Source: Takakia lepidozioides
Taxonomy: Eukaryota > Plantae > Bryophyta
Assembly: GCA_030704615.1 (NCBI GenBank)
Contig: CM060731.1
Coordinates: 34,410,001-34,474,000 of the forward strand
Direction: 5' to 3'
DNA length: 64,000 nucleotides
Below the pieces are notes generated by a model. The model was given only the letters and a program-made list of their open reading frames with translations, was not told the DNA's origin and did no database searches. Every line of letters starts with the position of its first letter. Position 1 is the first letter of the stretch. Positions 11,730-23,029 of this stretch are shown here, in pieces. A program made the position numbers and the translations under genes.

Positions 11730-14526
11730 CTAAAAAAGTTGGCAAAAGAAATTGAGCTGAAACACGAAAGTTGCCCATAACATTTTACATTCCAAGAGAT
11801 TTCCGATGAGGCCAATGTCCTTGATTTGCCGGCACATGCATGCTCCATCGAGATGAGCAATGGCGCCGATGCGGTCTTCAGTTGGGATCCCACACCACAG
11901 GACTTTGAAGACATTGGGATTCTGCAAAACAATGTCGAATACTGCTCGCTCCATCACCAATGCAAACCAGTGCAATGCGTCATCCACCACAAACTTCTAT
12001 AAATGGTCTGTTCCATGGAGTAAGTCCATCCTCAAACTATGCAGATCCTTCATCAACTTGTTGTATGAGCGGAAATTGCCAAATTGCATCCATCTGTGTT
12101 GTAGGAAGGAAGCTGTCATGCGCTCAAAGTCCTCCTCAGTCAATCCGAACAAGTGCTTTCTTCGCACCCCAAAGGTTGGATGTGCCATAGGCATATGTCT
12201 AAGGTCTTCAGGCTGTGGGTCATCCATGAGAATCAGCTGCACAAGTAGAGGTGGCGCATTTTGGTCGCTTGTGGCTTCAATGGCAATAGCAGAGGCGGCT
12301 TCTAGAACATGGTTGGCTTCCTCAATAGAAAACTCCATGGAATAATGAAAGGGTACAAATGACCACCGGCGATCCGCAACAATCCGGTGGAGCTCATTAT
12401 GCCAATCCAAATAGGGATTAATTTCTCCCACCCTAAGCCGGGGAAGTGTGAGGTCTTCAGTGGCCTGCCTTCTATGACCTTCCAGCTTAGTCCCGTTTTC
12501 GTGCGCTCAGTGGCGAAAGCCATAGATGAGTCTTACGTGATGACCGAACTCAATCTGGGAACGCAAAACCGTATTATAGATCTTACAGAAGAGTCTGAGG
12601 AAGCAATTGCCAGTGGGTCTTCCATACATGTTCTTGATGTTTCCCAAGTCCATGGAGATCCGAACACCCAGCCGGCTGTCCACCAGACTGACCAGCACAC
12701 TGAACAGTGGACACATGGAAGGACTGCCGAGCAACCTGTGGCGCGGCAACATACTGTCTTCATTGATGAGCAAACTGAACCGCAGACTAACCAGCAGACT
12801 GCACAAGTCACAGATGGAAGGACTGACCAGGATGGCTCGGATCGGCAGACTGCACAGCTCATCCGGGTCGAATTACCGGTGATGGCGATCGCCAAACTGC
12901 AAAAAATGCCGTGCTATGTGAGAGAAAGGCAGTCTGCTGGTCCGCAGTCTATTGGATGACATGACTTCCCATTGGCATGCGCTGCATGATGGGCTCCTAG
13001 AGAGGAGTCTGCAGAATGACAGGCTGCTCGTTGGGAGTCTGCTCCGTTGGAGTCTGCTGGATGACGGCCTGCTGAATGGGAGTCTGCTGGATGGCAGACT
13101 TGGCTGTCCCAGACGCATTCCCCCCCGACGCGTCTTGAATATGTAATGCCGCTATAGCAGCAGATGACCCAGGATACTTCAATAATATGTACTCTCGCAC
13201 GCGGTCCACTTCCGCACACACTGCAGTCGCTTGTAAAGGAGCATCATTGCTAGGTATCCGCCAAGCTTGAATGGCCCTACGAATAGAAACACGTTCATCC
13301 TGGTACACGGCAGAGAACTTGGACGTCAGGAACATGGACGTGGACTCTATATTCACCTCATGCAGCGGACTGGACTCACAGACCAGCAGACTGTAACGTG
13401 CGTACGTAGGGTGGAAGCAACTAGTAGACTATACCAGTGGACTGGACCAGCGGACTGACAAACGGACTCAGTAAGTAATGCAGCGATATAAAACAGACTA
13501 ACTGACGAGCGGAGTGAGCCAGCGGACTGACCAGACTGAATAGGCAACGTGACCCCGATGATGGACTCAAACAGCACAGAGAACAGACTGGGCGGTCAGA
13601 CTGACCATTACCTCCTCTACTTCATCATCATCATCTTCATCTTCAAAGTTGTTCAACCAGTTCTGTTCCGCCTATCGGATGAATGTGCGTAGCAGACCTG
13701 ACTCGACAACTCTGTAGAAATAACGGAAGAAGTCTGGATCCCCAATTGGTGGGCACTCTGGTGGGAAAAGCCCAAAGTCAACGAGGCGCAATGTGCCAGG
13801 GCAGACTGGCCCTTCAGTGCTCTGTTGAGTTTTTGGTTTTGACCCTAAACCGATGGCATGGGTCGCGATATTTGTGTGAGTCTGTTGCCGAGTCTGGTCA
13901 GGCAAGTCAATGTCTACTGGACTTATCACCCCTTCCAGGCCCTGAGCAGATTCACTTTCAGTATTAGTACTGATGGTGTGGGTCTGCCGCCCAAGACGGG
14001 GTTCAGTCTGTTGCGTGGATTTTGCCCTTGCCTCGCGAGCAGACCTTGCAGCCTTCTCCTTTTTTTGCCTCTCCTTTTTTTGGGCCCCATCACTCAGTTT
14101 AAGTTTTCTGGGAGCGTCCAACGTTCCCTGCACTTGCAAATCCTCCATTGACGGGCCACCAGAATGGACGCCATACCGTGCGCGTACTTCATCTAATTCC
14201 AAAGTGCGGGGGTCAAGCACTGATCCGCGCAAGCGCATTGTGGCCTCTTTGACAATCGACATTTCTTTCAGTATCGGCCAAGGCTTGAAATCCCGTGGAA
14301 TCATTGCAACAGTCTCCTTGCAACCCGTGTCAACACAATGTCGATTTAGTTGGATTTTGTCCTTGATAACCTCTTCACAGAAGGGACAGAAGAGCTTGTC
14401 CTTCTGCCAATTCGAGTTTTTGGGCTTCCGGGCGCGGAGGTCTACAAATGCTTCCACTATTTTATGATCAAACTCGTCTGATGAGTACCAGTACCTTCGC
14501 TCCTTCTTCAGTCTGGTTTGGTGCAC
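11730..14526 (-). pseudogene. Uncharacterised MULE cargo coding segments, including a CxxC...HxxxxxC zinc-finger-like exon
   Basis: ORF 13672-14526 contains FCPFCEEVIKDKIQLNRHCVDTGC. ORF 12997-13356 and collinear ORFs 12302-12523, 11997-12431 and 11730-11990 are joined by one frameshift and one in-frame TAG and have globular composition. Same strand as the ULP1 exons. Confidence 0.55.
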
Positions 14527-16298
14527 AAATCCACCCAGTCCGCTCCACCCTTTTTACAAGCATCCTCCATCGCTACAAAATGAAACGAAGGTGCAAGGAC
14601 AATGAGCGACAGATAGAAGTCCTATGAAAAGACTCACCCTAAGCAAGAAGATGACACAGAATGGAATGGAAACACCGCAGCAAGTGAGAACCTCACCGAG
14701 CCGATGAACTTCGAGTTGTTACGAAGGCGAGCGTGTTTGCGACGCTTCGCGGCTCACCGCGACTCTCCACACCTGGGGAAGAACGGTCGTCTTTCGTTAC
14801 GGTGATGGAAACGCAAAGAGGAAAACAAAACAGTGCAAAACAATGCGAAGAAACAGGCGCGAAGAGAATGGAGTCGATCGCACAGGGAACATGAGAAGAA
14901 AGTAGAAGTAGAAGGGGGAAAGCGGGCATGGCACTGCCAACGTGGCGCAATTTCACAGGCGCCAACTATCCGCCGTCATCGCATTGAATACGTCCACCGA
15001 ACAAACGCATCGTACTTAATTCATCCACGGTCCTCGCAAGTGCAGCAGACTCATTTCCCATCGGGCCGAGAGTCCACCGGACCGCCAGTCCAGCGGACTA
15101 TTCGCTTTGCTGATGCGAAACGGCTTCATATTGGAGGCACTTCCCTGCCAGCGGAATGAAGACAAAAGAGAGTAAGGGGAGAACAGGAAAGTCGAACACA
15201 CCCATTGCGAACAGACTCGCGGCACAACAGACTGATGCATGCACAGTCCAACAGACTGATATCCATAGAGGAGAACTGTCCAGCAGACGGACGTTTCGCC
15301 AGACTGACGGAAGAACAAGCCAAAAGACTGTCCGGAGGGAAAATAAGAAGTCAAACAGACTTAGTGCAACAGACTTCCGACACAACAGACTGACAAATTC
15401 ACAAGTGCGACAGACTGATATCCCAACAGACGGACTTCTAGCAGACCACCTCCAAACTAACTGTTGTGCACGCGATAAGAGGAATATCCGGAGCACTGAC
15501 GGGCCAGTGGACCCACTGTGAATAGACTCGCGACACAACGGACCTCAAACATCCACACCAATTGTCTCAGCCTGGTCCGTCTCCTGGCAAATGCGACAAT
15601 GTACCGATTCTGCACCTACTCCCGTCGTGGCTCAGACATCTGTATTCAGCAGGTGGTGTGGATGTTTGAGGACCTTACGACTGGATGATGTTCCGTGACG
15701 ACTCGAATTGTTTTTTTGTGTTGTCATCCCTTATATAATACCATGTGGATCCATCACAAAGCTGGGTTGCTTCAGATTCTCCACCATTTTCCACAACTTA
15801 TGCACGACGGATGCAAGCCGCTATACTTGGTCACATATACAGTCCCATCGTCCGATACGAAATCTGCGATACACGCCCCCATGTGCATACGCTTCCACCA
15901 TTGTTACCCATGGGTTCCTTTAATGAACTAAACTTGTGAAGGCTCTCATGAGGGATGCAGTACGAAGGGGCTAAACGTATCATGACGGATCACAAGCAGA
16001 GGACGTTATCGACGACAGATGTCCGCATTTTCCATATTTATGACATAGAACCAAACCATAAAATGAAGGTTCCCGAAAGCACAACAAGAAGGCAAAAATA
16101 GTGGAAGCATATGCACGATGGTGGCTGTAGTGCCGAGACAGTCCTCTCATGTTCAAGCACACGCTTCATCATCATCATGAACATCGCGCGCAAAAGAGGA
16201 ACAGTCGCGTGCATGGAAACGCCTACCGCAACATCGGACAACAAACAGCCGTCAAAAGAGAGCGGCCGGGATTTGGTGGGAAGATCATTGCCATTTTC

Positions 16299-16569
16299 GC
16301 AGCCCTAAAAATGGAGGGCTCGGATGGGTTATGGGAATGGACGGTGGCGATCCTGCGCCGTCAGCGGACTGGATGGCAGGGGACTGGCCAGCGGACTGGC
16401 GGGCAGACTGACGGACTGGCAGACTGCTGGGCAGTGGACTGGCCAGAACCGGACTGGCAGGCAGACTGGCGGACTGGCAGGCAGACTGACGGACTGGCAG
16501 ACTGGAGGGCAGCGGACTCATGGGCATTGAAGACCCTATTGAAGACCCCATTATCTTAAAATGAGAGGC
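16299..16569 (-). repeat. Right terminal inverted repeat of the MULE
   Basis: GCAGCCCTAAAAATGGAGGGCTCGGATGGGTTATGG... matches the reverse complement of the left TIR. It has extra GACTGGCA-type units and a duplicated ATTGAAGACCC. Confidence 0.9.
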
Positions 16570-17269
16570 CTTCTCATGTTGTTTGTAATAAGATCAAAAT
16601 TTCATTGAACAAAAATCAATACAAATATATTCGTGCAAAAATAACTTCCTAACAAACCGCAATCTATTTGTGAGAGCTCCATGTAACTTCGAAAGGCCCT
16701 TGCATGGACTCCACTACGTCATCATAGTAGGGTTTCCAAGGAAATGAAAGGTAGTTGGAGCCTGGAAGGGCCCATGGACATTGGGTGTCTATTTTGTAAT
16801 TTTATTCTTAAGAAAATAAATGTTTTTCTATGCCTAAATCTAAAAAATTATAGGATGAAGATGCCTAATGTGAGAAATGGTTCTCAAAACGTGCCGAATT
16901 TGCTGATTGATTGAATTTATTATTATGCGCAAAAAAATGCCTAAAATGGTTGTATGGGGACGGTAATGTGTAATCTAGCTCAATTGGTTTTACAACAAAC
17001 CAAAACCAAGAAAATAAAGAATGACATGGCGTCTCACCGGGCATTGATTATGGCGGGAGATTCTTGGTCGAGGGACCAAGAAAGGAACCTTGTGATTTGG
17101 AGTTTGGCTCACCAATTCAAGTATGGAAACATTAAAATATAAATTTCTCAAATGACCCTGACCTTGAGTTAGAATCAAATGTTACCCCACCGCTTGCTAT
17201 GTACATGCCTCATGGCCTCCGGTCTTGGTTATTTTTTCCAAGACTCCTATTAATATGGCCTCCGTGGCA

Positions 17270-17488
17270 ACCAGCATGTAGCCCAGTGGTAATGGGCACA
17301 TACCACGTTAGATGTGGTTGTGGGTTCAAACCACGGTCTGGTGTGTCATGAAGGTGTCTATCTTTCAGCTGGAAGGCAGTAGCCCTTGTGGTAACGCCAT
17401 AAGTTAAGTTACACTCCCTTCAGGAGGCGTCATGCTTCTTCTTTAAAGGGCCTCTGTTCCCCTTTCTTTATTTTTATTTATTTTTAAA
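17270..17488 (+). mobile_element. Probable tRNA-derived SINE
   Basis: Pol III A-box-like TAGCCCAGTGG (17279-17289), B-box-like GGGTTCAAACC (17322-17332), and T-rich tail TTTCTTTATTTTTATTTTATTTTT at about 17463-17486. No intact cloverleaf and no clear TSD. Confidence 0.55.
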
Positions 17489-18691
17489 TCTTGAATGTGG
17501 CAGGAAAGATGAAATACACCTCATGTTAAATTTTCTTGGACTTGGAAGCTGGCCCCAGTTGGTCCATGGCCTTTACACATGCCAACTTTGGTCCCTACTA
17601 TATTATTATTCTAATATGCATCTAGGGACCAAGATCTGGACCAATTGGTCTAGATGCTTGATCCACAGTCTAAAGTGGCCCTTAGAGGGGAGAACCAGTA
17701 GCCAGTTACATGCTAACCCAGTGGTTTTGAGGAGTTTTGGAGTGATAATCGAAACCTTAGGAGTTTACATAGGAAATTGACAATTGTAGTTACCATTAGA
17801 TGGGAAGCAACCTACTCCCCAACCCACTTAGCCAGAAAGCTACTCTTTATGAACACATCCTGATCAGTTGATGTTCATTGCTCCTCACGAGTATGTATGA
17901 ATTGTCTAGGATTGCTAGCAGACAAGAGAGTAGTTAGCCCAAGTAATGAACATTAAAGCACCGAGCACCATTGCACGCACTGTTTCTCCAGTGTCCACAC
18001 ACTCACAACACAGACAGTCTGTACTCAACTTATTAGTACTTGATGGAAGAGGTTTTGTCGGGGGCGTCTGGGATGTTTGGTAGATGTACAGATTCAGCAT
18101 CTGGGCCGGATCCTCCTATCCACGACTATACTGTAGAGAAAATTGGTTCATCTGGTTGGGTTATCTGGCAGATTAGTGCATCGCCCTTCTACCTAGATCT
18201 ATAATGAGAGCAGTCGGATAACCCAGCTCCAATTTCTAAGCCTGTTTTAGAACATCTTCGGGAATCGGGGTGCTAATCGTCCACAGTGAAGGTTCTTGAA
18301 TAGAACCGTGCGCTAGGCCGATGGCGATGCGCTCGCACGATCTTGGTAATGGGCCGCACAGTCCGCCTGACAGTCCCCAGACTTCTCGCTTTCCTTCTGT
18401 CCGCTTTGCCTTGTTTCTGTAACTGTTCTGACTACCTACTAGGCTTGGAAGGCGTGTACACTGGGGGAGGTTTAGAAAGGCCTAGCTGCAGGTCTCTGAT
18501 CCTTACTGTCCACACATGAGTAGTGGGCAGGAAATAGGAGTTCACCTAGTTTGGATATCTCAGACTGGAGATTTCGAGGTGAGAACTGAAAAGCCTTAGC
18601 AATGCAACAGACATTGTAGGATTGGGGAGTGTCTGCACGACACAGCCAATCTCTCCACAAACTTGCGCAAGGAATACTTGGTCGGAAGACC

Positions 18692-19219
18692 ATGGCTGCC
18701 AGCTACAGGATCGTGCGCTCACAAAGCGCTGTGATTCTAGCATGGACCACTCTTCTAGCGTGCGGGATGTGGAAGCCAGCTGAGGCAAACTGGGCGGCGA
18801 GCGAAATCGAGAGTTTTCTCGGTCCCCAAAACGCGGCCCGAGCTCGGATTGGCCTCCGGCCCCTTCAGTGGGACGACCGTCTCGCAGGTTACGCACACTG
18901 GTGGGCCGTTGAAAGACGAGAGTATGGCGATTGCCAACTCCAGCACTCGGGAGGGCCATACGGAGAAAACATTTTCTGGGGATCAGGCAAGAGTTGGCAG
19001 CCTTCGGACGCCGCGAATGAATGGGTGAATGAGGGGAAATGGTACGACTACTACTCCAATTCTTGCTTCTACTACAGAGCCTGTGGGCATTACACTCAAA
19101 TCGTCTGGCGCAGAACTACCAGGGTGGGATGTGCGAGACAAGTGTGCAGTGACGGCAGCATCTTCATGACCTGCAACTACTACCCGCCTGGTAACTGGGT
19201 GGGGCAGAGGCCTTACTAG
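18692..19219 (+). CDS. PR1: Pathogenesis-related protein 1-like (CAP/SCP domain), secreted, intronless
   Basis: Hydrophobic N-terminus from ATG 18692. Motifs FLGPQNAARA, LQWDDRLAGYA, HSGGPYGENIFWG, CGHYTQIVWR and CNYYPPGNWVGQRPY. Confidence 0.95.
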   Translation: MAASYRIVRSQSAVILAWTTLLACGMWKPAEANWAASEIESFLGPQNAARARIGLRPLQWDDRLAGYAHWWAVERREYGDCQLQHSGGPYGENIFWGSGKSWQPSDAANEWVNEGKWYDYYSNSCFYYRACGHYTQIVWRRTTRVGCARQVCSDGSIFMTCNYYPPGNWVGQRPY

Positions 19220-20224
19220 GCAGCTGCAAGAAGTGTAATCTTTCTCTTTCTCTTCAGGACTCTCTCTTCCGATCAACATAATAACCACATTGCCTCACAC
19301 ATCTGTGCCATATTGTATACTGCAATCCTTCATTGGGCCGGCCTTGTGTGATCTATCTCCAGGGAGAGCGACCTCCGACCTGATATCCATGATGTTACAG
19401 ACTCCCGTGTTTGGGCTTAGAGTTATCAACCGGAGCTGTAACACGAGTTCTTCAACTTTAGCCTCAGTGTAATCTGTACTGAGCGCCAATCCTGGACCCC
19501 AGGTGGTGCGAACTTCGTCGTAAGAATAGACATATAGGAATTGTTGCCACTCTTTGCGTAGGCGCTCTACTCAGTCTGGAACTCTTACGACCTTGTTCCA
19601 TAATATTCCTTTTCTCAAAGATATGATCATCCAATGGGGGGGCCGGAAGCTTCGTCTCTCGAGTTCTGACCGGTTTTGAACTAACTACAATGTTCCAGCT
19701 AGGATGCCGATCTATAGTCCAAGGTGCAGTTGTATATGATGTGTCTACCTGCAGGTCCCTCATCAATTGATCATGCAGATGTGCCAGAAATTTTGAACCT
19801 CGCTAATGTCACGAACATCGAAGTAATCTCGACATCCATATGCCCGTGACACAGATTTACATGTAAAATAATCGGAGGGATCAGTCGGGTGCCATTGCTA
19901 GTCGATAGTCGGTTCAACATATTATGTATAGAGCTACCACGCTACCACCAGCTTGCTTTGATGGAAGCTCTATCAGGACTGTGAAAACACATGCATGCGC
20001 ATGCACATTGCAGAGGACCATGCTTGCAGCTGTAAGAGAGTTGTAGAAGATATATTTGTACTTGTCTACACGCTGTGATCTGCAAGGACTGGAAGAGGAG
20101 GCTTCAATGCATTCTTGAGCATGCATTTTGGCTTAGAAAACTCAAATCTCCATCGTCTAGGGGCGCGTATGGAAATTTCGATTGCTAAATTCCTCGCTGA
20201 ACACACCTACAATCTCGATGCACT

Positions 20225-23029
20225 CTAGTCTAAGCTTGTGGAAGAAGTAGCTATAGTTGCTGCTGACCCTGCGACTTGGGTGTCCAGAAACAGCCCATTC
20301 AGATTAGGAGTACGTGCTTGGCATTTGCTAGCAACACCATGCCTCACACAGCTGGGTGTCCTCAACATGAAAGAATTCATCAGGTCCAACTCACGATCAG
20401 ACCACATAGCAAGGTTCATGAATGTGGCAGTTGGTGCACAGACACAAGCCTTCAATTCTTAGAAGGGGAAAAAGAAACAATTAGCAAATGGCTGAGGTCA
20501 TCATTGTGCTGTTTGTCACCTGGTTGAGCCAAGACCTGCAACAACAGGGGTGCACCAAATGTTCCTTGGCAGGCTCAGCTTTTTCCTTCAAAGTGTCTGG
20601 CAATCTGAGTGCTCACAAGGTCCCCACTCATGCTGGATATTGAAACGTTGAAAAGCACTTCATCTGCAAAGGGCTCTACTAAGAGAAAACGCCATGGTGC
20701 TCACCATTTGAGTACTCAGACTGATAACGCAGAAAAGAATTTCATCAGCATGTCTAAATGTGCAAAGGGCTACAAAAGCAAAAGCCATGGTGCTTACTTC
20801 TTACTAATAACAAGGGTATTGGGTCATTCGAAGGTACTCATACATTTCTCAAGGCTGTCAGCTTCATGGCTCTTGTTGTGGATCATCTACCTATTTCCCT
20901 ATCACAAGTGAGGCATTAGATGTCAGGATTCAGAGTAATTGAGGTGATTACGAAGAGAACAGCTAGAAAGGACTGTAGATTGTCTATAAGTCAACTAGAT
21001 ATATGGGGATACATGCATCTATTAACATTGTCACCCCAGTTTCACTACGGCTTCCAGATGGAATGAAGTTCTCAATGTGGTTCTTGTGTCTTTGGTTAGA
21101 ATGTTTTGACACGTTTCTCAATGTCTGCCATGGTTGTCAATCTTTGGGACAGGTCAGGATGAACTATGATGTTGAGCATCCCAACCTTCCCAAGCCAAGA
21201 ACTGAAAATTAGCCGTAGTCCAAGGCAAATGTGTTAGACAGAATTTCTTCAACTGATAAGCAAATCTCCAGAACTTTCAGAAGACCATCACTTACTCCTA
21301 CCATAACTCCTTCTGAAGTCCCACAATCTGCACTACAAAAGGTAGACAAGCAGTACAAATTTCAGGAAAAGAATGAAGTTGAATATATGCTCTACCATTA
21401 CTCAAAGAAAGCTTTTGTATATCTCCGCAGCAGAGGTCCACATAATTTCTCCTTTGTGGAAGTTCTTCCCAAAAATGATCAGTGGCATCTTCATCTATTT
21501 AAAAGGAACTACATTGTTGAGCTACAGCCGTTGAATGAGCCCAAGTGCTTGATGATGTTGGCTTCATTCAGAACTCAGCCATGGGTTAGGATATAATCCC
21601 CTGACTCCTAGGAATGAGGGAAACAGTCTCAGAACATTACCAAGCCTCCCCATGAATTCTGAAGAATTAGCGTTCAGTGAGTGGGCCATTCGTAGAATGT
21701 AATGGCTGCTAGTTCACGACTCTGATGATGTTGCACCAGGAATTCTGGCAACGGCACTAGCCTGCTTCTCATTGGCCTCAACCACTACTTGGGCCTTCTC
21801 CACCAGCTTGTTGATGTGGGTAGCTAGTGCATCAACTTCCTTTTCTTGTGCCTCTGCCATATCCTGCCTTATCTGCACAGCACTTGCATCCTGCACAGCA
21901 GATATGTAGCCGGAAATTTAAGTTGAACCATGTGTACTTTGTACACATTTATGTAGCGCTCTCTCTATCTCAGGATGTGTACGTACTACATAACAAGAGG
22001 GAACAGGAATGAGAACTAAGTTCACTCGTTGGACGGCCCATTTATCCCAAACAATGAGAATATGCATTCTGACATGATTTTGTCCTTCCACTCCCTTCTG
22101 AGCAAATATATTGTAGCTAAAGGATGGGCCTAGAATTCGTACCTTAGTGAAAATATTGGATGCTTCTTCAACATCAAAAGATTGCAAAATGCCAACAGCC
22201 ACCTCCTTACCACCACAAAGTCAACCTCCAGATTACACAACTCAATTCCCGCATGGCCCAGGGACTCTAAACAACAGAAACCTTTGAGACGGTAACTTTT
22301 TGTTTCAAACTATCACTTGTGCAACTCCATTATCTGTACATTTTCTCAGTATTGGATGAGACATTTAACAAAGTAGCCATCCATTAGCATGGTCACTCAT
22401 CAAAACAAACTGCACCCATGACAAACTCAATGTCAATACAGGCCAGTCTTACTTCATATCACTTAAGGATTAACAACACTGAAACTTATCCAACCAACAA
22501 AGTTGAGCTGAAGGTCCTTGTTGCAAGCATAGATCATGAGAGGATCGTTATTAGCCAAAAATCAGCTGTGAGCACAGTGCAGAATGCAATGGCAGTACCC
22601 AACAACAAATAAACCCTCTCAGCATGCAAATAACAATCTCTTCTACACACATCGGGAAGACAAGATAGATAAGATAAGTTAAGACAAATAGAAACATAAC
22701 ATTGTCCGTTTCCCATGTTCGGAGTTTATTGACATTTATGATTTAATAGAGAGGGAGAGAGGAAAGTAGAAGACCTTGGCATCGTGCATAGTTTCCACAT
22801 CGAGCGTGAGGGGCTCGGTGGTAATCGAAGACTGGCGGTTGCCCGGTCCGTAGCGCCCCTCTCCTGTACATTGTATTCCTAGTGTTTCTGAACCCCCTGA
22901 TTCCTGGGTCGTGATACCCGAAAATAAGGAATCTAAAGATGCCCCATCCCTTCTTAGCGCACCTGCGGATATCTCCCCTGTTCCAGAAACCTCTTTGCCT
23001 TCGGGGCTCTCATCTGGCAGGCCTCCCAT
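20225..23029 (-). CDS. Putative multi-exon gene of unknown function
   Basis: ATG-initiated ORF 23029-22736 with a plausible donor after ...MHDAK, a coiled-coil-like exon after a CAG acceptor near 21890 (QIRQDMAEAQEKEVDALATHINKLVEKAQ), and a terminal exon in 20455-20225. No recognisable domain and exon chain unverified. Confidence 0.4.

Larger units (their letters stand above)
4203..16569 (+). mobile_element. Mutator-like (MULE) TIR DNA transposon, 12.4 kb, with transposase and ULP1-type cargo
   Basis: Left end GCCACTCATTTTAAGATAATAGGGTCTTCAAT; right end ATTGAAGACCCCATTATCTTAAAATGAGAGGC (reverse complement nearly identical). Perfect 9-bp TSD CTTCTCATG at 4194-4202 and 16570-16578. Internal DDE + SWIM transposase. 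Confidence 0.93.

Noticed and set aside
17272-17345. Functional tRNA gene
   Set aside because: Has A and B boxes but no convincing acceptor or anticodon stems. Treated as a SINE head.
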